Origin: Camelus ferus
Lineage: Eukaryota
Direction of reading: 5' to 3'
Assembly (NCBI RefSeq): GCF_009834535.1
Contig: NC_045696.1
Location: 98,210,001-98,274,000 of the forward strand
DNA length: 64,000 bases
Shown: positions 23,211-36,459 of the stretch, piece after piece
How the letters are laid out: the number at the start of each line of letters is the position of its first letter
Numbering within the stretch: the stretch's first letter is position 1
Translations under genes and position numbers: made by a program
Notes under the pieces: generated by a model
Database searches by the model: none
What the model was told of the DNA's origin: nothing
Seen by the model: only the letters and a program-made list of their open reading frames with translations

Positions 23211-26200
23211 CTGGATGGCAAAACCTCCCACATCAAGAGCTTACAGTACGCCTGAGATATTTATGCTCTCAGTCCTTAGGGTGGCAGTTTGCAGCTGGAG
23301 CAACCCCAGGCTGGTTGCCTGACCTCAAATAGCCTTGCCTGTACATGAATTAATTTTATGTGTTCTCTGATGTAAGAGATATTAGGGGGCACTCTTTAAG
23401 TTACTAGGGATTTGACTCCTAACATTGATCTTCCAAGGATGCCATGCTTTTTCAAATTATCTCCTACATGGTGTTATCATCTCTATTTCAGAGAAAGCAA
23501 GGGTTTATTACAGAAGGGAACAAGAGTGTAGAGCAACATAAAGCTCTATGATCTAGGAGGCTCAAGGATTTCTGGGAAGGGCTCCTCAGACAAGAACAAG
23601 ATCAAGGGAAAATGGAAGCCCATTAAAGGGACTTCTTTTGGCTTCTTTTATGGAACAAGGAAAGATGGTACCTGGATTCTTCCTAAGAAATAAATGTACT
23701 ACCCAGTTTCGGAGACTGTCTTCTATTTGGGCATAAAATTCAAATGACTGTGATCTTGTCCACATTCATATCTGACCTGCAAAATTTTTATTTCTTTAAG
23801 TTTCATCTCATAGAGCATAATGCTAACAGTGTCTTTAAATATGAGTAGCTATAAAGGGGTTAATTTATTATCAGTGCCCAAAACTTCCTGTGAGAGGGTT
23901 GACTGATGACTTGCCCTTCAAGTAGTCATCTTCCCCTTTTATGTAATATATAAGGTCGAATTTTAATACATCCAGAGTCACATTCCATATGTCATTGGTA
24001 GTCTCTAATCTAGAATCTGTATACATGCCAATTTCTCCTCAGTTTTTGAACAGTAAAATTATTAGAATAAAGGACACTGTAGTTGGTTGGATTCTTGGTT
24101 CTTTTTATAGAATCCTGAAGTTTTTGCTGTGTCATTTGGTGTCTGAGCCCCCAACTTTGCAGCAAAAAGCTTTAAAGAAAATGGAATCCTTTCCTCTTTA
24201 AACTATAACAAACAACGATGGTCCAGGACTATACAGAAAGCATCACATTCAGATGTGCAGTACTGAACTGTAGAATAGTATCACTAACTGGCCATCGATG
24301 ACATATTCTCTTTCTTGGTATCCAGGAGACTGGAAATCATTTGGTTTCCCTTATCTAGGCCACAGCTGTCTTGGGCTTGATTCCAATCATTTTGATCTGG
24401 TGAGGATTCTTGTTGGCAACATAAATGCAGTTGAGGAGGGGCTGTAATGACATGGTAGTGACAGCCAAAATGCATTTCCTTGTTTTGATCTAGGTGAATG
24501 TTCTCAGTAGTATTGCTGGAGACCATAAAATAAGACCATATGCTTATTCCTCTCACACTTCTAGGAGATTTTTTTTTTAAAGGACCAAAAGATATTTTTT
24601 TCTCCATTAAACTCTGGACAAAGAGCAGTTGTGAGCCAGTATCGGTTAATCCATCATATTATAAAGTATGAAAATCAATAACCAGAAAAACACAAAGTAC
24701 CCCTATGTGCCCACCCCATTTCTAAGGAATTAATTCATCAGGAGAGGCAGCAACACAGCAGATTTGTTAGCTTAATTATGATGTATTTCCTTGTAACCAG
24801 TTTGTATGCAGTAATTGATCAAAAGTCTTCATAACAGGTTTCCCAGAGCAATTCGTTAGTTCAGTAAAACAATGTGAGTAATAGTTGGAACATGCTTATT
24901 CATAATCATTTTGTTAGAAAAAAAAAGAACAGCAGATGTAGTTCAGCATAGATGGCCATCAGAAACAGTTGATTTATCAAAATGAATTGATCTTGGCAGT
25001 TTCCATTCTGGGGCTTAGATGGAGAAACAAAATTAGAATTCAGTGCTGCTCACATAGCCAGAACAAAGTAATGTTGGCTCATTTTCCAGTAACATTATGG
25101 GTTACATCATGGATAGATAGAAAATTCAGAATTTATCCAGCCGTATAGATTAAGCCACACATCTAAGTGATCAATAAATGGAGTAGAAGTATTCCCTGCT
25201 TTCCCTCCATAGGAAAATGACAGGCCAATACCTTTGTTTAAACCTGGACCTGCTATCTTATCCTAAGAGCACAGAGCACCAGTGGTAATATAACACATCC
25301 CAGCATACCAGGAAAACAATGGACTGAGAGAGTTAAAGGTGAGCTTGCAAAATGACACTCTTCTCTCCCCCCTCCTCCAGTGGAATGGACTATCACTCTG
25401 ACCTTCCATAGGGTTGCTTTTGGGAAAATCCTCAATCAATTAGTGCACATAATCCTGATTTTTAACCATAAATCATAGCTCTGCACAGCTGCATGCATTC
25501 AAAACTTCTATCCTTTTCCAACCTACACTCTCATCTTAAAAACTGTGGTTTAATTCATTTGGTTTAGCAGCTGCCTCCTTACAGCACATGCCTCCCAGAT
25601 ACACAGATTACATCGATAACTGGCCATCTGTGCTCTACAGTCACCCGTCCCAGCTCCAAATCTTTTTGGCTTCTCTTTCCGAGCTCTCAGTGGGATGCTT
25701 GACCCTCAGGTAACTGGGAGGCAGTCAGAGATGCAAAGAGCTCTGGATTACACACAAGGGATGCAGAGCTGAATGATTCCATGAAAGAGGCCCTTGTATA
25801 AATATGGCCTTTTTTTTTTTAATTCAGAAAGATTCTCCGAACACCTAAAACTTATTTTCCCATTACTTATCTTGTCTTACTTAAGAGGAAGTGGATTTTC
25901 CAGGCCAATGCTCATTTGTTGTTGCCACTATGCTTTTAAGGTCCAAATCAGGCTCTCTCACACTGCCAGGAAGAATGCTCAGTTGAATATATTATCGGCT
26001 TCCAAAATTTTCTCATTTTGAAGACTTTGTGGTCTGCCTAGCTATGTTGCCTTGGGTGCCAAGTCTGTTCTATGGGGACTAATTGGGGAGCTTGGCAGAG
26101 AGATGATGAACTTGCTCACATACTAGGAAAGTCATGGTCACAGGGCTAAGGGAAAACAAATCAAGTCTCTAAGTCCCACAGTGAGAAGTCTTCGGTTTGC

Positions 26201-26864
26201 TGCTAGAGGCAGGAGTAAAAGGGCCATACTTAGACTCTGCATAGAGGACGGTGTAACTGAAAGGAATTTGTTGAAGGTCCAAACCTGTTCAGGTGCTCTT
26301 GGACCTGCCTTTGCATCCATCCTCCTTCAGGTTAGACAACATTAAATCCCAGGAGCTTCCAAGTTTTTATGATCAAATGTATTCATGAACCATAGTGCAA
26401 TGGAAATAAGTTTGTATCTTGAATAAACAGATAAAAGACTAGAGATTTAATTTGTACTCTGCTTTCTGTGAGAAATAGCCATAACTGTACTTTTCTTTGT
26501 GCAGAAGATAGTGTGATTAAACAAATGATTATGGGGACTAAGAGCCTAGCATTGAAGTCACAGCCTGCCTCCAGATCTAATCTGAGTTTCCAACTCTCTG
26601 TCCGTGTTCTTAGGATAAGATGTAAACAAGGATTGGCGATGACTGAGCAATGGTGAGTTTCTCTCCTTAAAGGTCTTCAGTCACGTGACTTTGGAGTATT
26701 TTCAGTATTTTATCCAAATCCTCTGTAGTTGATTAGTAGGTCTTATTGCCGATTGAGTTCCCCCACTCATGCTCTCCCTCTCCCTCCCCCCAATTTAAAT
26801 GTCCTCATGGATGTTATTTTCTGCATATTTAAGGGTATCAGTAGTGTTCATCAGAGGAAGGCTA

Positions 26865-27105
26865 GAGGGAGATAGCACGGCTTGGGGACAAGGCACTGAG
26901 CAGGGAGCAAGGTGCATGGGCAGCTGTGCGATGTTGGATGAGCCATTTAACTTTCCTGAACGCAGTGTGCTACTCTCATTAGAGGGTTCCTTTGACAATA
27001 AAATCCTATTGTGACCCTTAGACAGAAAAATCAGATAATGTCTAATGCTTTCAGCACATACGACAGAACTACATTAGTGTTTATGAATGTAAGCTATGTG
27101 TAGTA
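26865..27105 (+). mobile_element. MIR SINE (degenerate)
   Basis: gctgtgcgatgttggatgagccatttaactttcctgaacgcagt..taatgctttcagcaca. Confidence 0.5.
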
Positions 27106-28199
27106 GCATCAACATGATATAAATAGAACAATTAGTGTATCTTGGAGGTATTAAAAGAGGTAATGCACCCTTTTTCATCCTCTTCCCTTTCTGTTTCAGT
27201 TCATAGCTTTGCTGTTCCCCGGAATTCTAAGGATAATGCTATTTAATATTAGCAAGAATTGGACATAATCAGATATTTTGTGGTGTAGTTATCTTTAGTA
27301 GTTTACAAGAAAGGCTGTCCCCAGCGACATGCTTATGGTGTTGCATTCTTGTCTTAGCCTAGGGCTTTTCTTCACCTCGACTCTTTCCTTCTCCCCTGAG
27401 TCCTCTGTCAGCAGCAATGAATGCTTAAGTAGGCTCTGTCAGGAAAACTCTTGGTGACCCTGGAAACGGTATTTAACCTTTCCATGGATCAGCATCGAAA
27501 TTGCAAAGCAAAATTGACAGGAGCTGCCTCTTTCACAAGTCTGTGAGTTATGACTAAGAAAAGAAATTGTACGACGCTGAAAATCCTCAATGCTGCAGAC
27601 AGGCCGAGTAATGTTAATAATTCACCAGCTCATCCCTGGCGGCCATCACCAGACCCCTAAAGCCAGTTGCATTGTGGTTGTCCAGGTCATTTCCTACTGG
27701 AAATGGAAAAAACTCAAATGACAAAAACTTTCACTAGTATTGGATGATTGCTAACAGGAAAACTGGAGTTTTTGAAGTGCTTGTGAGGCATATCAGTGCT
27801 GTAAGAGTGTTTCTTCTGTAGTTAAGCCAAGGCCATGAGCTGTTAGTGTGACTCCTTTCATCGGCACTAAGTTCACAAAGGCTCTTATAACAAGGGTTTT
27901 TTTTTTTTTTTCTTTTTTAAGAAGGAGAAGAAAACAGATTTGGCATAAGCTGTATGACAGCCACAATGAGGCTTTCTTATGTATGAAAGACATTGACAAT
28001 CAGCCCCACGGGGTTTATGTAATTTGAGAATATAGCTTTAAAAATCATATTACAGGCGGCAGTACTTAAGATTAATACAAAGGCCATTTACCTTTTTATT
28101 ACATGTTTTATTAGCACTTAGCGGCTTGATTTATGAAAGAAAAAAATTGAATATAGTGTGTCAAAAGAGAAAGACTGCTCTATAAAATTAACATAAGAA

Positions 28200-28530
28200 G
28201 GTGACAGTGCACTCCTCAGTTTTAGGAGAGAAAGTCATGGAAGTTTTCTGCACAATGTAGCTGAGTTCTCTGGGAAGTGATATTCCAAGAAGAGCTAAAG
28301 AAGAATTAAGAGATGACTTCTCTTGGGAAGTAGAAATTGTGGGAAGACCAATGGAACGTGTTTATTATGGGATGTGTGTGGGGGGGCCAGTCCAGTCAGA
28401 GGGAATGGCATCTGCAGATCCCTAAGGTGAGAGAGAGGTTGGCATTTTCTGGGAGCAGGTAGAAGAATAGTGTAGCTGGGTTGTCATCAACATGGTGGAG
28501 CATGACAAAGTGAAGTTTAAGAGATATACA
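28200..28530 (-). mobile_element. L2 fragment
   Basis: ccagtcagagggaatggcatctgcagatccctaaggtgagagagag..agtgtagctggg. Confidence 0.5.
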
Positions 28531-29104
28531 GTTAAAACTCTTTATTAAAAAGTATAGTTTGTGAAACAAAACCTTAGTTTACTTATTGATGGGTCAGAGG
28601 TTATTGTGTCTATAATAAAATCATGGACATAAATTTTAACATAGTGATTACGTTTCTAGGGATTCTAAGGACGTGATCAAATATATATAAAAGAAGATTA
28701 TATCTAAGGGTGTTTATTATAGTTTTGCTAACTTTTATTTTTTTTAATCACACTCAGTTTCCATGGTTTTATTCTTTAGACAGCTTTCTATAAGATTGAT
28801 TGTATTTTTGTTATTCCTTACTTTTTTCTCTACTAATTTGGAAGTTTTTAATTTTATTTCTACTTTATGTTACCTTAAAATTTTATGTGCCTTCTTAAAT
28901 TCTAAAGTTAAACAATACATTTATATGCTCCTGTGAACCAATGTCAGGTCCTTGCAAATCCCTAACTCTGAAATCTCCCACTCACTTTCTTAGTCTTTGT
29001 CCCATATTTTAATCCCCTTGTTTTAAAATCATTTCTGTTCTAGGTTCCAAATAGTTAATTCACTATTAGCTGTGCCTGCTCCTCTACTATTTGACATTTT
29101 TACT

Positions 29105-30480
29105 CTTTTAATGTGAAATAATTTCAAACCTAGAGAAAACTTGTGAGAATAGAATGAATTTTTTTTTGGACATACTTTAAAGTGGCCGATGTGATGCCCT
29201 ATCACTTCCAATTACCTCGGTGTATAATTCTTACAAACAAGGAAATTCCCCTATATAATCACAAACAACATCAAAATCAAGAAATTAACATTGATACTTT
29301 ACTACTGCCTACTCAGATTCCTTTCAGGTTTTCTCAGTTGTCTCAGTAATGCCCTTGATAATAAAATAACTTAGCACTGAATTAGGCATTGTGTGTAGTT
29401 GTCTTGTTTCTTTAGTCCCCTTTCGGTGAACCGTTCCTCAGTCTTCCTTGACTTTCATGTTGAAACTTTTGAAGATTACAGGTTAGTTATTTTGTAGAAT
29501 GTCCCTCAGTTTTCATATCATTGTTATTTCCTCATGGTTAAGTTCCAGTTATGTAATTCGATAGGAATATCACAGAAGTGATGTCTTATTCTTCTCATTG
29601 CTCCTATCAGGTGGCACATGGTTTTGATTTGTCCCATTATTGGTGATCATAACCGTGATTAAAGTGATATCTGTCAGAATTCTCCACTGTAAAGGTACTC
29701 TTTATCCCTTTGTAATTGATGAGGATTTTGTGAAGAAGTTCTTTGCAACTATGCATCCCACTTCTTAAACTTTCACCGAGTACCTTTAGCATTCATTGAT
29801 GTGTCTTGGCTGAATTAATGATTACTCTGATGGTTGCCAAATTGTGATTTTCTGATTTCTTTACTCTATCTCCATTTATTCACTGGCACTTGACTCCAAG
29901 AAAAAGTTTTTTTTCCTTCATGTTTAGGTATTCATTTATTTATTTATATCATTATGGACCCATGCATTTCTGTCTTGATGCTCAAATTGTCCAAAAATTG
30001 GCTAGGAATCCCTTTACACTGGTGTCTGTGTCTTTGATTTTTTTAGCCATGTTTCTTTGAGCATTTTCCTACTTTTTGGCCTGAAGATATTCCAGGCTCA
30101 CCTTATACTTTCCTTGTCCCAGCTCAGGAAGCAGCCTTTCTCCAAGGAGCCCTGTGGTTCCTTTTAGTGGAGAGTGGTTATTTAGAAACTGAGATCTGAG
30201 TGTTAGGTGTACTCATTGCTTTATGCCCAGATCACTCTCCCATTCTCTCTCTCTCCTTCTGTATGTATCTATTTAGATACATACACATAAAGATATATAT
30301 ACACTTCTGTATTTACTTCCCAAATTATCTATATTGACACTATTGACACCTATAAGTTCCACTAATACCTTCAATTCCAGTCCACTTTATTTTTCCTCTT
30401 TCCACATTTGGTACTCCTCTCTCTAACAGTAAGGAAATCAACTTCCTTTAACTTCATTATATTTATTTATTGCCTCTGTC
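29105..30480 (-). mobile_element. L1MC4/5-type 3' end, flanked by further very old L1-like DNA (~28770-29060, ~30600-31420)
   Basis: gaaataatttcaaacctagagaaaacttg; ttttgtagaatgtccctcagt; tctccaaggagccctgtggttccttttagtggag; ttagaaactgagatctgagtgttaggtgtactcattgct. Confidence 0.75.
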
Positions 30481-31489
30481 TACCTGTATGTGTCCCATTT
30501 ATCATTGCATCTGTGCCCCCACTCATTGACCTTGCACAGACACCCATCATGGTCAGCTCCACTCAGTTGCTTTTGAATTGAAACACTTAAATTAAAAAAA
30601 TTGCATTGATCATACATTTTTATTTATAGAATTTCTTTTTTAAAAACACATTTATATCTAATCCTTTCTTCTTGACATTGATTGTCTGTTCTTTTCTCTA
30701 TTTCTTTGATCATTTGATACTTACTTTCATATTTATTTGCAAGTTTCTTTTGGACTGCTCTGTTATCTTCAGTCTTAGGGTTCAAACGATTCCGTTAGTT
30801 GCATCTACTCAATCTGCTTCAGCCTAGCTCACTTCTGTGTAGGACTTACAATTTTTCACTGTGAGCAGTTCTTTGGTAGGGGTTGTTTACCACAGCTGTC
30901 CCAGTGTCCTGGGTTATGGAATTGTCTCTGTGGAGTCATTCCTGTGGAATGATTTCGTATTTGCCTCTTCCAAGGATTTATGAGTTTTACTGGTTTGGAC
31001 AAACTGTTCTATTAATTTCTTATGTTGGGATTTCCATACCCAGGGGATATGACCCTCTTGCCTATGGCACAGGCTTGGTGCTCTGCTTTCCTGCAGGTGG
31101 TTCTTTTTCAACCTTATCCCTCAAAACGTGACCAGCTTCTTCATAGCTTTCCAAGGCTGGGAAGCAGAGTTTGTAGAATAGAGTGCACAGGCCTCTCGTC
31201 TCCCAGTTGTATGCAGAGTTTAGTTCTGACTCTCATGGCTGTGACTTCATGGCTGTGACTTCTCCTCTCCTATTTGCTGACTCGGTTAAATTGCAGCCTC
31301 CAGCCCCTATGGCCTGTCTGACTCTAATACCCCTGGTGAGTGATTTCATCTCCTACTCATCTTTAAGGCTTTTAGTTTTCTCTTATTTGGCCATGTATTA
31401 AAATAGTTTTTTATTTTGATTTTTTTGGTTGTACACTGGTGCACATTTTAATGTTTTGATCAAGGAAGTATGTAAAATACTGTAAAATA

Positions 31490-31770
31490 TTGACTTAAAT
31501 GTTTAACAATACTGCTGGAAATAAATTATAATGTAGTTGTAAGATGGAGTAATATGTAACTATTACAAATAATGTGATTGAAATGTAATTAAGTGGTTAG
31601 AAAATGCTTAATATTAGGTTAAGAAGCATAATATAAATTTATAGAATGTTTATTATGTAAAAAATATGTGTAAGAAAAATGTCTATAAGAATATACTAGA
31701 CTGGAATGTTAGGAGTAACTGTCTCTGGTTTGAGGGATTAGTCTTGAGTTAATTTTATTTTTTTGTGGAG
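31490..31770 (+). mobile_element. L1ME-type 3' fragment
   Basis: aataaattataatgtagttgtaagatggagtaatatgtaactatta..gaatatactagactggaatgttaggagtaactgtctctgg. Confidence 0.45.
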
Positions 31771-34339
31771 ATACAGAAAAGTAACTTTGACAAACATTCC
31801 TAAACCATAGAATTCCTCGAATAATAAAAATAACAATACATCTTGACTGGTCACGCCTTAAAGGTATAAACAGTTTCTAGGAGGTTTAACTCTAAGATTT
31901 TCCCTACATTTGGGATTGAATAAAAAGTTTTGAAAGTGAATAAGGCACTTTGATTTCAAACCATTGTGAGCGTTCTCAAAGGGATTTTATTACTTGAGTT
32001 TGAATTGAATATTAATAAGAAACAATTTTCATATGATTATCGAAGTTACATTTAAATAAAAATTTGTAACTTAGCCAAGCTTTGTTTTCCTTAGCGTACA
32101 AGTATCAAATTTTGAATTTTAAACTCACTAAAATAAGAAATACTACTAACTATTAGTCTGTGGAAAAGCATATATATTTGTATTCAAGCTGATTTTTATA
32201 GTTACCAATAAAAAATAATGCATTTCAAAGTCATCTGTGTAATTAAAGTCTGAATAACTGTGTCCAGTTGGTTGTTTCATTTTAGAGTACACTGAAAGGA
32301 ATTCAATTTTGAATTGTATAGCTTTAATAAAAATAACAAAGCAAAACAAAAACAAAATATTTATTTATTTTCCTGTGGTATCCCAGAAGCAGACTTTAAT
32401 AAAGGGGGTTGTTTCAGACACTTTACTATCCTTTGAGCATTTAATGTATTTCTTTGCTTGTTTAACTCTTGCCATTTATCTTGCTTGGAAATGCTTACAA
32501 CTGTAACTCATATTGCTAATTATTATGTTCTTTTGAATCAAATACATCTCCGTGATCATTTGTGACTGTTACTCAAATGGCTTTTTTTCTCTTCTGTTTC
32601 AAGTCATCCTTCTCATCAACATTCTCTGTCTGTATTCATTACTGCTGTTTCATAGTCTCTTTTAGAGCTTTCCCCTTCTTTTCATACATAGACAATGATA
32701 TTGTTTTTACACAATGGGGTAGACAGCCAAGGCTGCTTGCTCCAGGAGCCCCAAGGCTGACAGAGCACTATCTCAGATCACCTGTTTTCCATTAGCACAC
32801 CTGTACCCTTGGCAGGTCCTGCCAGTTGGGAAGCCTTGGTTTGTTCCATGTTGTCTCCGTTTCATTAGGACTTTGTCTATGTCTCCATGTGCTTCAGCCA
32901 TTTTACATTTATTAAAACTTTAAAACTTTTGAATAAGTGAACCAATACATATCATGTATCAAACTATTTGATTAAGTAATCAAACTGTCAAATACCATAG
33001 CTTTTAAAAATGGTCACCACCTATGTGTCACCAGTCCTCATCAACATTTATAAGTAAGTGGGTGTGGCTGTCCTGGAATTACTGTGTTCCTTGTGGGTGA
33101 GTTGCCTTGAGTGATTAAGGGGAAAATACTGGCAGCTGAATCTTGAGATCTTGAGGAAATTTTCTTAAACTTTTGTAAACATGCACATGTATTAGATGTT
33201 GGTTTTTTTGCTCTCCTCCTCTTGCCGTCCTCCTGTCTTTTCCTCTCCCCTCTCTCCCCTTCCCTTCCTTTCTTTTTTCTCTTTTGAACTTTAGTGTTGG
33301 AGCAATTTAAATTTATGAAGAATTTATCACTTTTTAAAAAATTTTATCTTACAATATAGGAGTTATTTATTTATTCGATAAGGAAAGACCTGTGCCCAGG
33401 AGCAATTCCCAGGAGAAAGTAATTTCAAAACCATGGTATTTCAGAAAGAGTTCCTACCTTCTAATCTGAAATTTGTGTGAAATAAAGAAAAATGGCCCTT
33501 TTAAGTGGAGACAGGAACACTTAGTAAGCAGTTTACTTTGTGCTACATACTACCTCATCTTTTCTAATATAAATTAACTGTTAACATTATTACATAAAAT
33601 AACAAGTTATATACAAATGACATTTTCCATTTTTACCTTTGCTGCCAGCAAGCCACAAATGGAACTGATACCCAAGCACAATTATAATCTCCCTTTAGTT
33701 TTCCAAATGTAATGGTCACTCTCCTTCCTTTATATGGTTATTTATTTTTTATCTTGAGATGTTCCAGTGCATCTATATTTTTATTAAATGCTCCTTTAGA
33801 TCCTTTTTTTGAGTAAGCAAACCTGAATAAATAAAATGAGAATTGGGATAGATGATCTTGAATGTACCTTTGGACCGGGAATATTTTATTACTTTATAGT
33901 GAGAGCATAAAAAGTTACTGGATATTCAAAACTCTCTCTTCTCATCTTTCAGGTTGAGGGTAACTTGCCCAGTTCCTTGTATCTTAATAAAAATACCCAT
34001 CAAATTTGCCCTTTTGTGAGATAATTCCTCTTTGAGCTAGAGAATGCCTAATTTAAGGTTTTGGCTCTTCACAACCATTTCACGAACTCCCATGATCTGT
34101 GGGAGCATTTTTCTCTAAGGGAAAAATATAATAATTTATAACAAATAATACTAGATATAATTTGATTAAGGAAAAAAAACTTAGATGAGATCTTTGTTCC
34201 TTGGAATGTCTGTGTTCCATCTTGAAAAGATGTGCAAACTCCAGTTGTGAAATAAGATCTTGGGAAACAAATTCTTTTTGGGTAAAAGGAAGAAATTATA
34301 GAACAGTGGAGAGAACAATAGACTGAGGCTCAAGAGAAT

Positions 34340-35170
34340 AGTGTGGGTTGTTTTTAAAGAGCATAGACTTTGAAGATAGAAAGACATGGCTCAAATCCTG
34401 AATTGCCAGTTCATTGGCGACCTAACTACCTGTGTATTCCATTACTGTTGACTCAGATTTTTATCTGTGAAAAGAAGGAAATGGTACTGTTGGGTTGTTC
34501 TGAGACATCAGGTATCTAGTTCAGTGCCTGGCACCTGATAGACTCCCTGTAAATAGTAGCTGCTTTTATCAGCATCAGAAAGCCCTGGTTTAAGTTCTGG
34601 TTTTCCTGTTGTGTGATCTTGGGCAAATGGTTTTGCTTCCCCGATCAAGTTTGTAATTCTTGGCCATACCTCCCTGAGAAGAATGTTGTGAGATGAATGC
34701 TGAGAATCATGGTGCTGTTGTGCACATCCATCTCGAGTAAGGTCAAGAGCACCAGAGGTAAAGCTTGGCTGTCTAGATTTTAATCTGAGCCCTGACACCA
34801 GCCATTTGACTTTGGACAAGCTGCGTTATTTCTTGGGTCTTAGTTTTCACATTTATGTTATGAGGATAACTGTAGAACCTACCCCATAGGGTTGTTGTAA
34901 GAGTTGTATAATTTAATGCATGAAAGTGGCTGGCACATTATACTTTTGGTATATATTAAGTATTAATGACACTTGAGTGACTTTCAGAGGAATTATTAAT
35001 GCTGATATTGCAATGTATTACAAAGCAGTGTGGTATAAAAGAGCAAGCATGAGCTTCAGCCTTAAGACAGACTAAGGTTCAAATTTTTACTCTATTTCTC
35101 AGTCTTTTAGAGAGCCTGATAATGACAGTACTATTATTTACCTCTTATGGCAGTTGTGAGGGTTAAGTGA
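34340..35170 (+). mobile_element. Cluster of 3-4 tandem MIR fragments
   Basis: Repeated MIR heads and cores: aaagagcatagactttgaagatagaaagacatggctcaaatcc; ctcagatttttatctgtgaaa; tgtgtgatcttgggcaaatgg; cttagttttcacatttatg; aagacagactaaggttcaaat. Confidence 0.7.
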
Positions 35171-35439
35171 CCTCTTGCCTTCTTATTACAGTGGCAAGAA
35201 ACTCAGTAGAGGGTAATTCCATTTTCCTGATACTGGAAAAGTGCAATGGAGATAGTAACTCAGCTAGGAAATCATGATAGAAGCTGTTTGTAATCCATGA
35301 TTCATCTTTAAGCTCTTCAAGACCACCCAGGTGTGGACATTTTATTCTTTTACTTTCTCAAGTTGAGGAACCAGGAAGATGCTTCCTTTTGACTTTCCGC
35401 TCTCTCTCTTTTGCTTGAAATGGACAGCTATCATCACTA

Positions 35440-35640
35440 TTACTAACATTTACTAAGGGCTGACATCTACCAAGTACTTTGCCACATATTACTTCACTTT
35501 ATCCTTCCAATAACCCTGAGGTTGAACAGTATCCCTATCCATAGATGATTAAACTAAGGCTCAGAGAGATGAAGTGACTTGCATTAAGATTACATGACTC
35601 CTGGGCAATTGAACAAAGGCTTAAATGGCCCAATTCACTC
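35440..35640 (-). mobile_element. MIR SINE
   Basis: ccaataaccctgagg..atagatgattaaactaaggctcagagagatgaagtgacttgc. Confidence 0.75.
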
Positions 35641-36459
35641 CACCTTAAAGTCTTCCCTGAGAACCAAATGTGAACCTTTCACTGTACCTCCTGGGGGCCT
35701 GTATCCATTTGTTGAACCTGCCAGGATAGAAAAATGGAACTCTTGGCATCCACTCTAGCTTGAAATAGGCAAACTTGCCCTCTAAACTTGGAATCTGAGT
35801 GGGGCAGGGCAAGCTGACTCCTTGTCAGGCAAGAGGGCTTTAGCTAAGACAGCAGGTTTGCAGAGGCAGACCCTTAATCTGGTGGCAAGTTTTTACCTTG
35901 ACCCGCTTAAAAACTGTTTCCATGTGGTTTTGGAACAGACAGAACCAGTGGCAAAAGTGGTCTCCATAGGGGCTGTGTGTTTCAAGGTAACCACTGGCAG
36001 ATGAGATAGTAGTAGAGGATGTAAATTCCTGGTTTATGTAGGCAGATGCCTTGGGTTTCCCTCCAGGACAATTCTGTTAGGTTCTATCACAGTACACTTT
36101 TATACTATTTTCACATGCGAAGCCTACATTTTGTGCATGTGTATTGGGTAATTGGGTGTTTATCTGCTCAATTTGCATAACAAGCATACTGACATTTTTA
36201 TGTGTAACAGACGTGACTGTTGTACTCTAGAAGACTGATACGATTTCAGAATATGGCTTTATGATAATACCACAAATGGTAAGCCCTTTTGGTTGTGTGC
36301 AGAGTTTTGCAAATACTCAATTAATGGCAAAAGAAAGAAATGTAACCTTCAGTGACTTATTATTGGTTGAGACATCTTCCACAGAAATATTACAGTAGAA
36401 TAATTGGTGGTTCATTGTATGTTTTATGATCTCTAGGTTCTTGAATGCAGGTTTGTGAT

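Noticed and set aside
31233..31261. 14-bp tandem duplication TCATGGCTGTGACT
   Set aside because: Ordinary slippage inside old repeat-like DNA.
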